A stretch of DNA of 49,691 nt from Acidimicrobiales bacterium (GCA_046598435.1 JBKJIL010000136.1:1-49691), one strand, 5' to 3'; counted from the stretch's first letter, positions 34,100 to 43,291 are shown. Notes: generated from the sequence alone by a model not told the origin. Translations and numbers: made by a program.

Positions 34100-35638
34100 T
34101 CACGTCTGATCGCGCAGCAGGCGTCGGAGGATCTTCCCGGACGCCGACTTCGGCACCGCGTCGATGAACGTGACCCGGCGGATCTGCTTGTAGCTGGCCA
34201 CCTGGCCGGCGACGAAGGCCTGCACGTCCTCGGCGCTGAGCTCCTGGCCGTCCTTCACCACCACGAAGGCGGCCGGGAGCTCACCGGCCTCGTCGTCGGG
34301 GATGCCGATCACGGCCGCGTCGGCCACCGCCGGATGTGTGAGGAGCAGCGCCTCCAGCTCGGCCGGCGGCACCTGGAAGCCCTTGTACTTGATGAGCTCC
34401 TTCAGGCGGTCGACGACGAACAGGTGGCCGGCGGCATCGACGTGGCCGATGTCGCCCGTGTGCAGCCACCCGTCGCTGTCGATGGTGGCGGCGGTCGCCT
34501 CCGGGTTGTTGAGGTAGCCCTTCATCACCTGCGGGCCCCGCACCCACACCTCGCCGTCCTCGCCCACGCCGAGCGACTGACCGGTGGGGTCCACGATCTG
34601 CAGCTCCGTGGAGGGGACCGTCACGCCCACCGATCCCGGCACGAACCCGCCGGGTGGGGTGGCGTGGGTGACCGGGGACAGCTCGGTCATGCCGTAGCCC
34701 TGCACCACCTCGCAGCCCAGGCGCGCCCCGCACTCGAGGGCCAGCTCGGCCGACAGCGGCGCGGCGCCGGAGAACACGACCTTGAGCGCGGAGAGGTCGA
34801 AGCTGTCGACCAGCGGGTGCTTGGCCAGCGCGACCACCATGGGCGGCGCCACGAAGGCCCGCGACAGCTGGTGCTCCTGGTGCAGCGACAGGAACTGCTC
34901 CAGATCGAACCGGGGCATCGTCACGATGGTGGCGCCCGCCGCCAGCCCCATGTTCATGAGCACCTGCATGCCATAGATGTGGAAGAACGGCAGCACGGCG
35001 ACGAAGGCGTCGTCCTCGGTGAGCGGGATGGTCGCCTGCGCCTGCACGATGTTGGCCACCAGGTTGCGGTGCGTGAGCATGACGCCCTTCGACAGGCCCG
35101 TGGTGCCCGACGAGTACGGCAGCACGACCACGTCGTCGAGGTCCACCGGCACCTGCTCGGCCAGGGGCTCGCCGAACAGCGCCGTGAGCGAGGTCTCGCC
35201 CTCGGCCTCGCCCAGGACGTACAGCTCGGTGACCGCGGTGCCCTCCATGGCCTTGCGAGCCACGTCCAGGAACATCGGGATCGTCACCAGTCGCGTGGCG
35301 CCGGCATCGACGAGCTGATGGTGCACCTCGTGGTCCGTGTAGGTGGGGTTCACCGTGGTGACCACGCCGCCCGCCAAGGCCACGCCGTGGAAGACGACGC
35401 CGTACTCCGGGCAGTTGGGCGCCATGATCGCCAGCACCTCTCCCTTGGCCATGCCCGCGGCCACCAGCCCGCCCGCGAGCCGCCGGATGGCCGCGTCGAG
35501 CTCGCCGTAGGTGAGCGTGCGACCGGACACGTCGATGAAGGCCGCCTTCGTGGCCAGCTCGTCGGCTCTGCGGAGCACCAGCTCGGTGAGGGGCACCGCG
35601 GGGATGGTGACGTCGGGAAGCGGGCTGGCGTGGATCAT
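34100..35638 (-). CDS. 4-coumarate-CoA-ligase-like / long-chain acyl-CoA ligase (512 aa)
   Basis: Motifs LPYSSGTTGLSKGVMLTHRNL, GEVWVRGPQVMKGYLNNPEAT, DGWLHTGDIG, KELIKYKGFQVPPAELE and SGKILRR. ATG 35638 (MIHASPLPD). Confidence 0.85.
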   Translation of the reverse strand: MIHASPLPDVTIPAVPLTELVLRRADELATKAAFIDVSGRTLTYGELDAAIRRLAGGLVAAGMAKGEVLAIMAPNCPEYGVVFHGVALAGGVVTTVNPTYTDHEVHHQLVDAGATRLVTIPMFLDVARKAMEGTAVTELYVLGEAEGETSLTALFGEPLAEQVPVDLDDVVVLPYSSGTTGLSKGVMLTHRNLVANIVQAQATIPLTEDDAFVAVLPFFHIYGMQVLMNMGLAAGATIVTMPRFDLEQFLSLHQEHQLSRAFVAPPMVVALAKHPLVDSFDLSALKVVFSGAAPLSAELALECGARLGCEVVQGYGMTELSPVTHATPPGGFVPGSVGVTVPSTELQIVDPTGQSLGVGEDGEVWVRGPQVMKGYLNNPEATAATIDSDGWLHTGDIGHVDAAGHLFVVDRLKELIKYKGFQVPPAELEALLLTHPAVADAAVIGIPDDEAGELPAAFVVVKDGQELSAEDVQAFVAGQVASYKQIRRVTFIDAVPKSASGKILRRLLRDQT

Positions 35639-35740
35639 GGCGGTCGACTCCAGGGTCGGGATCAGCGAGGGGGTGCGCCCGTTGGCGCGGGCACACCTTG
35701 CCTCATGACGGGTCCCCCACGCGGGCATCGATGCCGTCAT

Positions 35741-35761
35741 TGGTATCCGATCGGATACCAT
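35741..35761 (+). promoter_or_regulatory. perfect 20-bp palindrome TGGTATCCGATCGGATACCA (35741-35760) overlapping a -10-like TACCAT (35756-35761)
   Basis: Read directly. The -10-like hexamer ends 6 nt (GACCCC) before the XRE ATG at 35768, and no SD is visible. Confidence 0.6.
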
Positions 35762-35767
35762 GACCCC

Positions 35768-36082
35768 ATGGAGGCTGCACCCGCGCTGCGCAGTGCCCGA
35801 CGCCGAGCCGGCCTGTCGCTCCGTGCCCTCGCGGCGCGCGCCGGCACCTCGCACTCGACGCTGGCCGCCTATGAGGCCGGGCGCAAGGCACCGAGCGTCG
35901 ACACGTTCGAGCGGGTCCTGCGGGCGGCCGGCTACGAGCTGCGTGCCGAGCTGACACCTGCCGTCGGCGGCCCCGATGCTGCGGCGCGTGGTCGGGAGCT
36001 CGTCGAGGTGCTCGACCTGGCCGCCCGGTTCCCGGCGCGCCACTCCCCCAGGCTCGACTTCCCGCGGTTCGGCCCGACGTGA
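35768..36082 (+). CDS. XRE-family helix-turn-helix protein (104 aa), putative antitoxin/regulator
   Basis: The HTH_XRE pattern reads LRSARRRAGLSLRALAARAGTSHSTLAAYEAGRKAPSVDTFERVLRAAG. Confidence 0.75.
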   Translation: MEAAPALRSARRRAGLSLRALAARAGTSHSTLAAYEAGRKAPSVDTFERVLRAAGYELRAELTPAVGGPDAAARGRELVEVLDLAARFPARHSPRLDFPRFGPT

Positions 36083-36609
36083 CCGGCATCCCCGAGAAGA
36101 TGCTGGCCATCCACGGCTCGCTCGACCGGGCGGAGATCCCTCATGCCTTCGGCGGCGCGCTGGCCCTGGCGTGGTGCACCCAACGAGCGCGGGGCACGAT
36201 CGACATCGACGTGAACGTCTTCGTCGACACCACCCGCACCCGTGAGGTGCTCGCTGCGCTGCCCGATGACATCGCGTGGTCACCACCGGACCTCGAGCAG
36301 ATCGAGCGGGATGGGCAGCAGCGCCTGTGGTGGGATACCACGCCGATCGACGTGTTCCTGAACACCACCGAGTTCCACGATCGAGCGGCCGGGCGGGCGC
36401 GCTGGGAGCTGTTCGAGGGGGTCGAGCTGCCGTTCCTGTCCTGCACCGACCTGGCCGTCTTCAAGGCCTTCTTCAACCGCACCAAGGACTGGGCCGACCT
36501 GGAGGAGATGCGAGCCGCCGACACCCTCGACCTCGACCGGGTCCTCGGCGTGCTGGTGCGCTACCTCGGCGCCGACGACGAGCGCATCGAGCGGCTGCGC
36601 ACCCTCTGA
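36079..36609 (+). CDS. small nucleotidyltransferase-fold protein (176 aa), putative toxin partner
   Basis: The segment FGGALALAWCTQRARGTIDIDVNVFV matches the G[GS]-x(9-13)-DxD pol-beta-type NTase signature. GTG start in a GTGA overlap with the XRE stop. Confidence 0.6.
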   Translation: MTGIPEKMLAIHGSLDRAEIPHAFGGALALAWCTQRARGTIDIDVNVFVDTTRTREVLAALPDDIAWSPPDLEQIERDGQQRLWWDTTPIDVFLNTTEFHDRAAGRARWELFEGVELPFLSCTDLAVFKAFFNRTKDWADLEEMRAADTLDLDRVLGVLVRYLGADDERIERLRTL

Positions 36610-36627
36610 CCGTGCGGGTGCCCACGA

Positions 36628-38733
36628 TCAGGTGACGTCGAGTGGGGTGGGGCGCAGGTCGAGGCGACGCAGCAGCTGGGCGTTGAGGGCGACCACCACG
36701 GTGGAGGCGCTCATGAGCACCGCACCGACGGCCGGCGAGAGGGTGAACCCGGCGAAGGCCAGCACCCCGGCGGCCAACGGGATGGCAACGAGGTTGTAGC
36801 CGGCGCCCCAGGCGACGTTCTGGAGCATCTTGCGGTAGCTGGCCCGCGAGAGCCGGATCACCCCGATGACCGACCGGGGATCGGAGGACGCCAGCACGAC
36901 GCCCGCTGACTCGATGGCGACGTCGGTACCGGCGCCGATGGCGATGCCGACATCGGCCCGGGCCAGCGCGGGCGCGTCGTTGACCCCGTCGCCCACCATC
37001 GCCACCGTCAGGCCCCGGGCCTGCAGATCCGTCACCGCCCGGTCCTTGTCCTCCGGGAGGACTTCAGCGAACACCTCGTCGATGCCGAGCTGGCTGGCGA
37101 CGGCGTCGGCCACCTGGCGAGCGTCGCCAGTGATCATCACCACGCGGACGCCGAGGGCATGGAGCTCGTCGACGGCCTGGCGGGACTCAGGACGGATCTC
37201 GTCCTCGAGGGCCAGCGCCCCGACCACCGCGCCGTCCTTCAGCACGTAGAGGACGGCGGCGCCGCGGGCGCGCCACTCGTCGGTTGCGGGCGCGATGCCC
37301 GCCGGTTCACCGAGCTCCCGCTGACGCAGGAGCGCCGGACCCCCGACCGCGACGGCGGCGCCCTCGACGGTGGCCTCCACCCCTCGTCCGGTGATCGACC
37401 GGAACCCGCTGGCCGTCGCCGTGAGCGACCGCGCTGCGGCGGCGGTGACGATGGCACGGGCCAACGGGTGCTCGGAGTCGGCCTCCACGGCCCCGGCGAG
37501 TCGGAGCACCTCGTCATCGGTGACCCCGTCGGCGCTCACGACCCCTGACAGGCGATGGTTGCCCAGGGTGAGCGTGCCGGTCTTGTCGAAGATCACCGTG
37601 TCGACGGTCCGCATCCGCTCGAGCGCCATGCGGTCCTTCACCAGGATCCCGGCCGTTGCCGAGATGGAGGTCGACAAGCTGATGACCAGCGGGATGGCCA
37701 GGCCCAGAGCGTGGGGGCACGCGATCACCAGCACGGTGACCGTGCGGACGAACGCCGTGCTCGTCTCGCCGAGCAGCGACCACACGATGAACGTGGCGGC
37801 GCCCGCCGTGACGGCGACGTAGAAGAGCAGCGCCGCGACTCGGTCGGCGAGGGCCTGGGCGCGCGACTTGGATGCTTCGGCGTCGGCCACCAGGCGCTGG
37901 ATGCCGGCCAGCGCCGTGTCGTCACCGACAGCGTGGACGCGCACCCGGATGGACGTGTCGGTGGCGACGGTTCCCGCGATCACCGCGTCGCCCGGTCCCT
38001 TGGCGACGGGACGCGACTCGCCGGTGACCATGGACTCGTCGAGCTCGACCTCGCCGTCGAGGATGACGCCGTCCGCTGGGACTCGCCCACCTGGGCGGAC
38101 CAGCACGACATCTCCGGCCACCAGGCGGGCGAGGGCCACCGTCTCGACCCCGTGATCAGTGACCCGTTCGGCCTCGTCGGGCAACAGCGCAGCGAGGGCG
38201 GCGAGCGCCCCCTGGGCCTGCCCGAGAGCCCGCATCTCGAGCCAGTGCCCGAGCAGCATGATCGTCACGAGGGTGGCCAGCTCCGGCCACAGGTCGACCT
38301 CCAGCAGCTCGAGGGTGGTGGAGGCCGAGGCCCCGAAGGCCACCAGCAGACCGAGGGAGATGAGCAGCATCATCCCGGGTCGCCGGGCGCGCAGCTCACC
38401 CCAGCCGGCCGTGAGGAACACGGGGCCGCCGTAGGTGAACACCATCGTCCCGAGGACGGGCGAGATCCAGCGGTCGCCACTGAAGCCCGGCGGGCTCCAG
38501 CCGGTCAGCTCCATGAGCATGTGGCTGTAGGCCACGACCGGGACGGTGAGCACGAGGCTCAGCCAGAACCGCCGGCGGAACATGGCGGCATGGTCACCGT
38601 GCCCCCCGTGGTGGCCCGCATGGGCGTGGTGCTCGGCGGTGGTGGGGGCGGCGGGGTCCTCGTCGTGAGAGAGGTGGTGGCCGTGGAGGTGGTCGCCGTC
38701 CTCGGCCACCCCATGCAGCGTGGAGGCGGTCAC
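36628..38733 (-). CDS. copB: copper-translocating P1B-type ATPase, CopB-like (His-rich N-terminus, CPH motif)
   Basis: His-rich N-terminus HLHGHHLSHDED...EHHAHAGHHGGHGDH. TM6 motif IACPHALGLA. Also FDKTGTLT and MVGDGVNDAPALA. GTG start in a GTGA overlap with the copZ stop. Confidence 0.85.
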   Translation of the reverse strand: MTASTLHGVAEDGDHLHGHHLSHDEDPAAPTTAEHHAHAGHHGGHGDHAAMFRRRFWLSLVLTVPVVAYSHMLMELTGWSPPGFSGDRWISPVLGTMVFTYGGPVFLTAGWGELRARRPGMMLLISLGLLVAFGASASTTLELLEVDLWPELATLVTIMLLGHWLEMRALGQAQGALAALAALLPDEAERVTDHGVETVALARLVAGDVVLVRPGGRVPADGVILDGEVELDESMVTGESRPVAKGPGDAVIAGTVATDTSIRVRVHAVGDDTALAGIQRLVADAEASKSRAQALADRVAALLFYVAVTAGAATFIVWSLLGETSTAFVRTVTVLVIACPHALGLAIPLVISLSTSISATAGILVKDRMALERMRTVDTVIFDKTGTLTLGNHRLSGVVSADGVTDDEVLRLAGAVEADSEHPLARAIVTAAAARSLTATASGFRSITGRGVEATVEGAAVAVGGPALLRQRELGEPAGIAPATDEWRARGAAVLYVLKDGAVVGALALEDEIRPESRQAVDELHALGVRVVMITGDARQVADAVASQLGIDEVFAEVLPEDKDRAVTDLQARGLTVAMVGDGVNDAPALARADVGIAIGAGTDVAIESAGVVLASSDPRSVIGVIRLSRASYRKMLQNVAWGAGYNLVAIPLAAGVLAFAGFTLSPAVGAVLMSASTVVVALNAQLLRRLDLRPTPLDVT

Positions 38734-38951
38734 GACCGGACCTCGTAGCCGGCGTCGGCCACGGCGCGCCGGACGGTTGCCCCGTCGGGCTGGTGCACGG
38801 CCGTGACGGTGACGGCGCCGCTGTCGAGATCCACGGCGACGTCGGTGACGCCATCGACGGCCGCGAGGGCGGCGGTGACGGAGGCCACGCAGTGGCCGCA
38901 CGTCATGCCCTCGACGCGGTAGGTGATCGTGGTGGGCTCGATGTCGCACAT
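38730..38951 (-). CDS. copZ: heavy-metal-associated (HMA) copper chaperone
   Basis: 73 aa with the GMTCGHC metal-binding loop. Confidence 0.85.
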   Translation of the reverse strand: MCDIEPTTITYRVEGMTCGHCVASVTAALAAVDGVTDVAVDLDSGAVTVTAVHQPDGATVRRAVADAGYEVRS

Positions 38952-38974
38952 GGCCTGGCTCCCGTTCTGTCAGC

Positions 38975-39024
38975 GTACCCCTAGGGGGTATGTCACATAC
39001 TAGGGGGGGGTATCGGGATGTCAA
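38975..39024 (-). promoter_or_regulatory. cop promoter: TTGACA (39024-39019), 16 nt spacer, TAGTAT (39002-38997), with two CsoR-type boxes (minus strand ATACCCCCCCCTAGTAT 39013-38997 and ATACCCCCTAGGGGTAC 38991-38975)
   Basis: Read directly. Box 1 fills the spacer and the -10. Box 2 lies just downstream of the predicted transcription start. The boxes resemble the TACCC...GGGTA operators bound by CsoR-family copper repressors. Confidence 0.6.
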
Positions 39025-39043
39025 CCCCTGATGTCCACGGAGG

Positions 39044-41341
39044 TCACACCGAGGCCGGCACCTCGTCACCGACGTCGAGCGGCGCGGCGGCGCTCGTGCC
39101 CTCGACGGCGACGTGGGGAACGACCCGGTCGAGCCAGCGCGGCAGCCACCAGTTCCGGTCGCCGAGCAGCTCCATGGTCGCGGGCACCAAGAGCATGCGG
39201 ACGATCGTGGCGTCGAGGAAGATCGCCGACGCCAGGCCGGTGCCCATGAGCTTGAAGGTGCGGTCGTTCTCGAGGATGAAGCTCCCGAACACCACCACCA
39301 TGATCGCGGCCGCCGCCGTGATGACCTTGGCCGTGGCGGCCAGGCCATCGGCGACCGAGGTGCGGCTGTCTCCCGTGCGGAGCCACTCCTCTCGCACCCG
39401 GGACAGGAGGAACACCTCGTAGTCCATCGAGAGCCCGAACACGATGGCGAACAGCATCATCGGCATCCAGGGCTCCACCGGGCCCGGCTGCACGCCGGTG
39501 AGGTCGCTGAGCCAGCCCCACTGGTAGAGGGCCACCATGATCCCGTAGGCGGCGCCGATCGACAGCAGGTTCATGATCACGGCCTTCAGCGGCACCAGCA
39601 ACGAGCGGAAGACCACCATCAGCAGCAGGAACGACAGGACCAGCACGGCCCCGAAGAAGATCGGGATGCGGTCGGCCATCAGCGACGAGGCGTCGATGTT
39701 GGCGGCGACGATGCCGGTCACCTTGACGTCGAGGCCGAGCTGCGCCTCGACGGGCGGGATCACCTCGTCGCGCAGCCGGTGCACCAGCGCTTCGGTGGCC
39801 TCCTCCTGAGGTCCCCCGGTCGGGGCCACGAACCACCGCACGGCCGTGCCCGCCTCGTTGGGCTGTGGCCCGAGGACTGCAGCCACGGCGGGGTCGGTCT
39901 CGACGGCGGCGTTGAGCGCGGCCAGCGCGGCCACGTCCGTGCCCGGCGGGAGCTCGGCCACGAGGAAGAGCGGCCCGTTGAAGCCGGCCCCGAACCCTTC
40001 CACCAAGAGGTCGTAGGCCTGCTTGGTGGTGGTGTCCTCCGCGAAGTTGCTCTCGTCCGAGAAGGCCAGCCGCAAGCTGAGCACTGGGACGGCGAGGAGG
40101 AGCAGGACAGCCGATCCCCCCACCGCGGCACGCCACGGCCGGCGCTGGATGACACGGCTCCAGCGATAGGCCAGCGTCTCGCGCCGGGGCTTCGGGGGTC
40201 GGTGCGCGATCTCCACCTTGAGGGCGGGCACGAAGAGCCCGGCGACGAGGACGACGAGGGCCAGCGGCATCGCCGCCATCAGGGGGGTGACGTCGAGCCC
40301 GAAGCCCACCAGCCCCACGGCCACGAGGGTGGCCGCGATGAGCCCTCGCCGCTTGGTGCGCTCGATGTTGTCTCCCGCGAAGCCGAGGAAGGCCGGCAGC
40401 AGCGTGAGCGAGGCGGCCACGGTGAGGGCGACCGTGACCGCTGCCGTGACGGCCAGGCCCTGCACGAACCCGATGCCCATGAGGAGCATGCCGAGCACCG
40501 ACACCACCACCGTGGCCCCCGCGAACAGCACCGAGCGACCGGCGGTGTCCATGGCGATGGCGACCGACTCGCGCACGGTGTGACCGACGTGGAGCTGCTC
40601 TCGATGGCGGGTGATGATGAGCAGCGCGTAGTCGATGCCCACCCCGAGGCCGATCATGATGCCGATGAAGGGAGCGAACTCGGGCACCTCGATCACGTTG
40701 CTGAAGAGCACCACCCCCGCCCCACCGATGCCGATCCCCACGAGGGCCACGGTAACGGGAAGCCCCATCGCCAGCACCGACCCGAAGGCGACGATGAGGA
40801 TGATCACGGCGAAGGCCAGGCCCAGAGCCTCCGAGTTGGGCTCTTCGAACTCGGCGAAGATGAACCCGCCCAACTCCACGCGCAGCCCGGCGATGTCCGG
40901 GACGCGTTCGAGGATCGCCACCCGGGCGTCCGCCGCGTCGGCGAAGTCGACGTCCTCGGGGAACTCGATGTTGGCGTAGGCGATGGTGCCGTCGGCGGAG
41001 ACCTGGCCGCTGGCGTCGTACGGGCTCACGACCCGGCTCACCCCGGCCATGGTGGTGACGCCCTCGAACAGGGTCGACATGGCCGACTGGATCTCCGGGT
41101 CGGTCACCCCTTGCTCGGCCTGGAAGACGACGGTGCCGGCCTGCCCGGCACCCTGACCCTCGAAGGCGGCGTCGAGGATGTCGAAGCCGGCCGTCGACTC
41201 GGCGCCTGGCAACGAGAAGTCCTGCCGGTAGTCGTCGCCCACGCCGCCGGCGATGCCGTTGGAGACGAACAGGACGGCGATCCAGAGGCCGAGGACGAGG
41301 CGACGCCGGTCGTGGCACCAGGGCCCGATGCGACTGAACAT
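39044..41341 (-). CDS. MMPL/RND-superfamily membrane transporter (765 aa)
   Basis: Starts MFSRIGPWCHDRRRLVLGLWIAVLFV. Two 6-TM bundles with duplicated DYALLIITRHRE and MDYEVFLLSRVREE motifs. AGGAGG lies upstream of ATG 41341. Confidence 0.85.
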   Translation of the reverse strand: MFSRIGPWCHDRRRLVLGLWIAVLFVSNGIAGGVGDDYRQDFSLPGAESTAGFDILDAAFEGQGAGQAGTVVFQAEQGVTDPEIQSAMSTLFEGVTTMAGVSRVVSPYDASGQVSADGTIAYANIEFPEDVDFADAADARVAILERVPDIAGLRVELGGFIFAEFEEPNSEALGLAFAVIILIVAFGSVLAMGLPVTVALVGIGIGGAGVVLFSNVIEVPEFAPFIGIMIGLGVGIDYALLIITRHREQLHVGHTVRESVAIAMDTAGRSVLFAGATVVVSVLGMLLMGIGFVQGLAVTAAVTVALTVAASLTLLPAFLGFAGDNIERTKRRGLIAATLVAVGLVGFGLDVTPLMAAMPLALVVLVAGLFVPALKVEIAHRPPKPRRETLAYRWSRVIQRRPWRAAVGGSAVLLLLAVPVLSLRLAFSDESNFAEDTTTKQAYDLLVEGFGAGFNGPLFLVAELPPGTDVAALAALNAAVETDPAVAAVLGPQPNEAGTAVRWFVAPTGGPQEEATEALVHRLRDEVIPPVEAQLGLDVKVTGIVAANIDASSLMADRIPIFFGAVLVLSFLLLMVVFRSLLVPLKAVIMNLLSIGAAYGIMVALYQWGWLSDLTGVQPGPVEPWMPMMLFAIVFGLSMDYEVFLLSRVREEWLRTGDSRTSVADGLAATAKVITAAAAIMVVVFGSFILENDRTFKLMGTGLASAIFLDATIVRMLLVPATMELLGDRNWWLPRWLDRVVPHVAVEGTSAAAPLDVGDEVPASV

Positions 41342-41470
41342 GGGGACACCCTCCTTCCGCGCAGCCACTGGGAGCACGTGGCTGGCATACAGCTCGAGTG
41401 GTGGGGCAATCGTAGGCACCGCTGCTTGCGCAGGGGTGGGCCTCGAGGTCCCCGGTTCGTGCTGGCCTCG

Positions 41471-41499
41471 ATGACAAGCGGACAACCCGGGCATATGGT
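41471..41499 (+). promoter_or_regulatory. promoter ATGACA (41471-41476), 17 nt spacer, TATGGT (41494-41499)
   Basis: Read directly. The -10 ends 6 nt (CACCAG) before GTG 41506 and there is no SD, which suggests a leaderless mRNA. Confidence 0.5.
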
Positions 41500-41505
41500 C
41501 ACCAG

Positions 41506-43200
41506 GTGCAGCCGGATCCGAGGGGCGGGCGGTATCGCGACGCGTTGCGCTCTCGCGACCTGAGGCTGCTCGCCTCCGCCACCGTGATCGACGGGCTCGG
41601 GTCCTGGGCCTACGCGACCGTGCTCATCGTGTACGTGTTCGAGCGAACCGGTTCACCGACCTGGATCGCACTCGTCACGGCATCCCGCTGGATCCCAAGC
41701 CTCCTCCTGGCCAGCTACGGCGGCGTGCTCGCCGACCGCTACGAGCGCACGCGGGTCATCGTCGTCTCGGCCTTGCTCCAGTGCCTCGTGACGATGGGCA
41801 TCGGGTTCGTCGTGGCCACCGACGCCCAGCTGTGGCTGCTGCTCGCCCTCTCCGCGCTGAGCGCGGTCATGTCGGCCCCGTACCGACCGGCGACGGGAGC
41901 GCTCACCCCCGAGGTCGTGCCCGAGAGCGACCTCACGGCCGCCAACGGCCTCTTCTCCACGCTCGAGAGCCTCGTGGTCGTTGTGGGGCCGGGCGTCGGC
42001 GGCGTGCTCGTCGCCCTCGACGCGCCCGTCGTCGCCATCGGGCTCGACGCGGCCACCTTCCTCATCGCCGCCGTCATCGCCTCGCGCCTGAGCGTGCGCA
42101 GCCGGGGGGACGCCAGCGAGCACGGCGAGTCGGCGTTTGCGGCGTTCGTCGATGGTCTGAAGGCGCTGCACAGCAACCGCACGGCGACGGTGCTGGTGCT
42201 GTTCTGTGCCCTCGACTCCGGCATCTACGGCGCGGCCACGGTGCTCTACGTGGGCATCAGCGACCAGCTCGGCACGGGCGCCGACGGGTACGGCTACCTC
42301 CTGGCCGGTGCCGCCCTTGGCGGGGTGATCTCCGCCGGGGTGGCCAGCCGCCTCAGTGCGTCGCGCCGGCTGGCGCCGGTCATCCTGGCTGGCATCGCCG
42401 TCCAGGCCGTGCCCTACGCGCTGACGGCGTTCGTCCACACGCCGGTGCTCGGGTTCGGCCTGCAGGTCGTCTCGGGGATGGGGATGATCATCGTCGACGT
42501 GCTGGCCATCACCGCACTGCAACGCGACATGCCCCGGGGCGTCCTCGGTCGGGTGCTCAGCCTCCTCGACGTCGCTGTCCTGGTGTCGATCCTGCTCTCG
42601 AGCTTTGCCTTCGCCTTCATCCTCGACGCCTTCGACCTGCATGCGTCTCTGTACATGGTCGGGATCGGCTTCCCGCTGGTGGCGGTCCTGTGCATCCGCC
42701 CCATGCTCCGGGCCGACCGCAATGCCGCCGCCCTCCTCCGCGAGATCGAGCCCCGCGTTGCCCTCCTGCGGGAGCTCGACCTGCTGGCCAAGGCATCCCA
42801 GGCAACGCTCGAGGGGCTCGCCCGGGCGATCGAGATCGTCGAGCTGCCCGGCGGCGCCGAGGTCATCCGCGAGGGCGAGCCTGCCGACGCGCTCTGGATC
42901 GTCATCGATGGCGAGGTCACCGTCACGGCGGGCGGGACCTTCCTGCGAACGCTGGGGCCCCGCACCTACGTCGGTGAGATCGGCCTGCTCCGCGGGATCC
43001 CTCGCATCGCAACCGTTCGCACGGCTCAACCCTCCCTGCTGTGGCGGCTGTCCGGTGAGGCGTTCCTCGCCGCCGTGCAGACGGAGAGCGCGAGCATCTC
43101 CTTGCGTGGGGTCACCGTGATCCGACTGGCCCATACCCGTCCAGACCTTGCTGCCGACCAACCGGAGGATCAGGCACTGCCACAAGGGTCGGACGTCTAG
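41506..43200 (+). CDS. MFS transporter fused to a C-terminal cyclic-nucleotide-binding domain (564 aa)
   Basis: N-terminal ~12 TM with MFS motifs (GGVLADRYERTRV). The C-terminus EVIREGEPADALWIVIDGEVTV...GPRTYVGEIGLLRGIPRIATVRT matches the cNMP-binding beta-barrel and phosphate-binding cassette (GE..L......R.A.V). Confidence 0.8.
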   Translation: MQPDPRGGRYRDALRSRDLRLLASATVIDGLGSWAYATVLIVYVFERTGSPTWIALVTASRWIPSLLLASYGGVLADRYERTRVIVVSALLQCLVTMGIGFVVATDAQLWLLLALSALSAVMSAPYRPATGALTPEVVPESDLTAANGLFSTLESLVVVVGPGVGGVLVALDAPVVAIGLDAATFLIAAVIASRLSVRSRGDASEHGESAFAAFVDGLKALHSNRTATVLVLFCALDSGIYGAATVLYVGISDQLGTGADGYGYLLAGAALGGVISAGVASRLSASRRLAPVILAGIAVQAVPYALTAFVHTPVLGFGLQVVSGMGMIIVDVLAITALQRDMPRGVLGRVLSLLDVAVLVSILLSSFAFAFILDAFDLHASLYMVGIGFPLVAVLCIRPMLRADRNAAALLREIEPRVALLRELDLLAKASQATLEGLARAIEIVELPGGAEVIREGEPADALWIVIDGEVTVTAGGTFLRTLGPRTYVGEIGLLRGIPRIATVRTAQPSLLWRLSGEAFLAAVQTESASISLRGVTVIRLAHTRPDLAADQPEDQALPQGSDV

Positions 43201-43256
43201 CGAGCCGAGCTGACGCCTCGGACCTGCGCCGCCCCACTCACTCTAAGGCATCACCC

Positions 43257-43285
43257 TTGCAATTTTAAGGTTGTGCCCTTACTCT
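43257..43285 (+). promoter_or_regulatory. promoter TTGCAA (43257-43262), 17 nt spacer, TACTCT (43280-43285), in an AT-rich island
   Basis: Read directly. The -10 ends 6 nt (GGGATC) before GTG 43292, which suggests a leaderless mRNA. Confidence 0.5.
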
Positions 43286-43291
43286 GGGATC

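Noticed and set aside
39003-39010. The G8 homopolymer as a phase-variation switch.
   Set aside because: A single sequence cannot show length heterogeneity, and runs of G/C are common in this GC-rich DNA. It is kept only as a note within the cop promoter finding.
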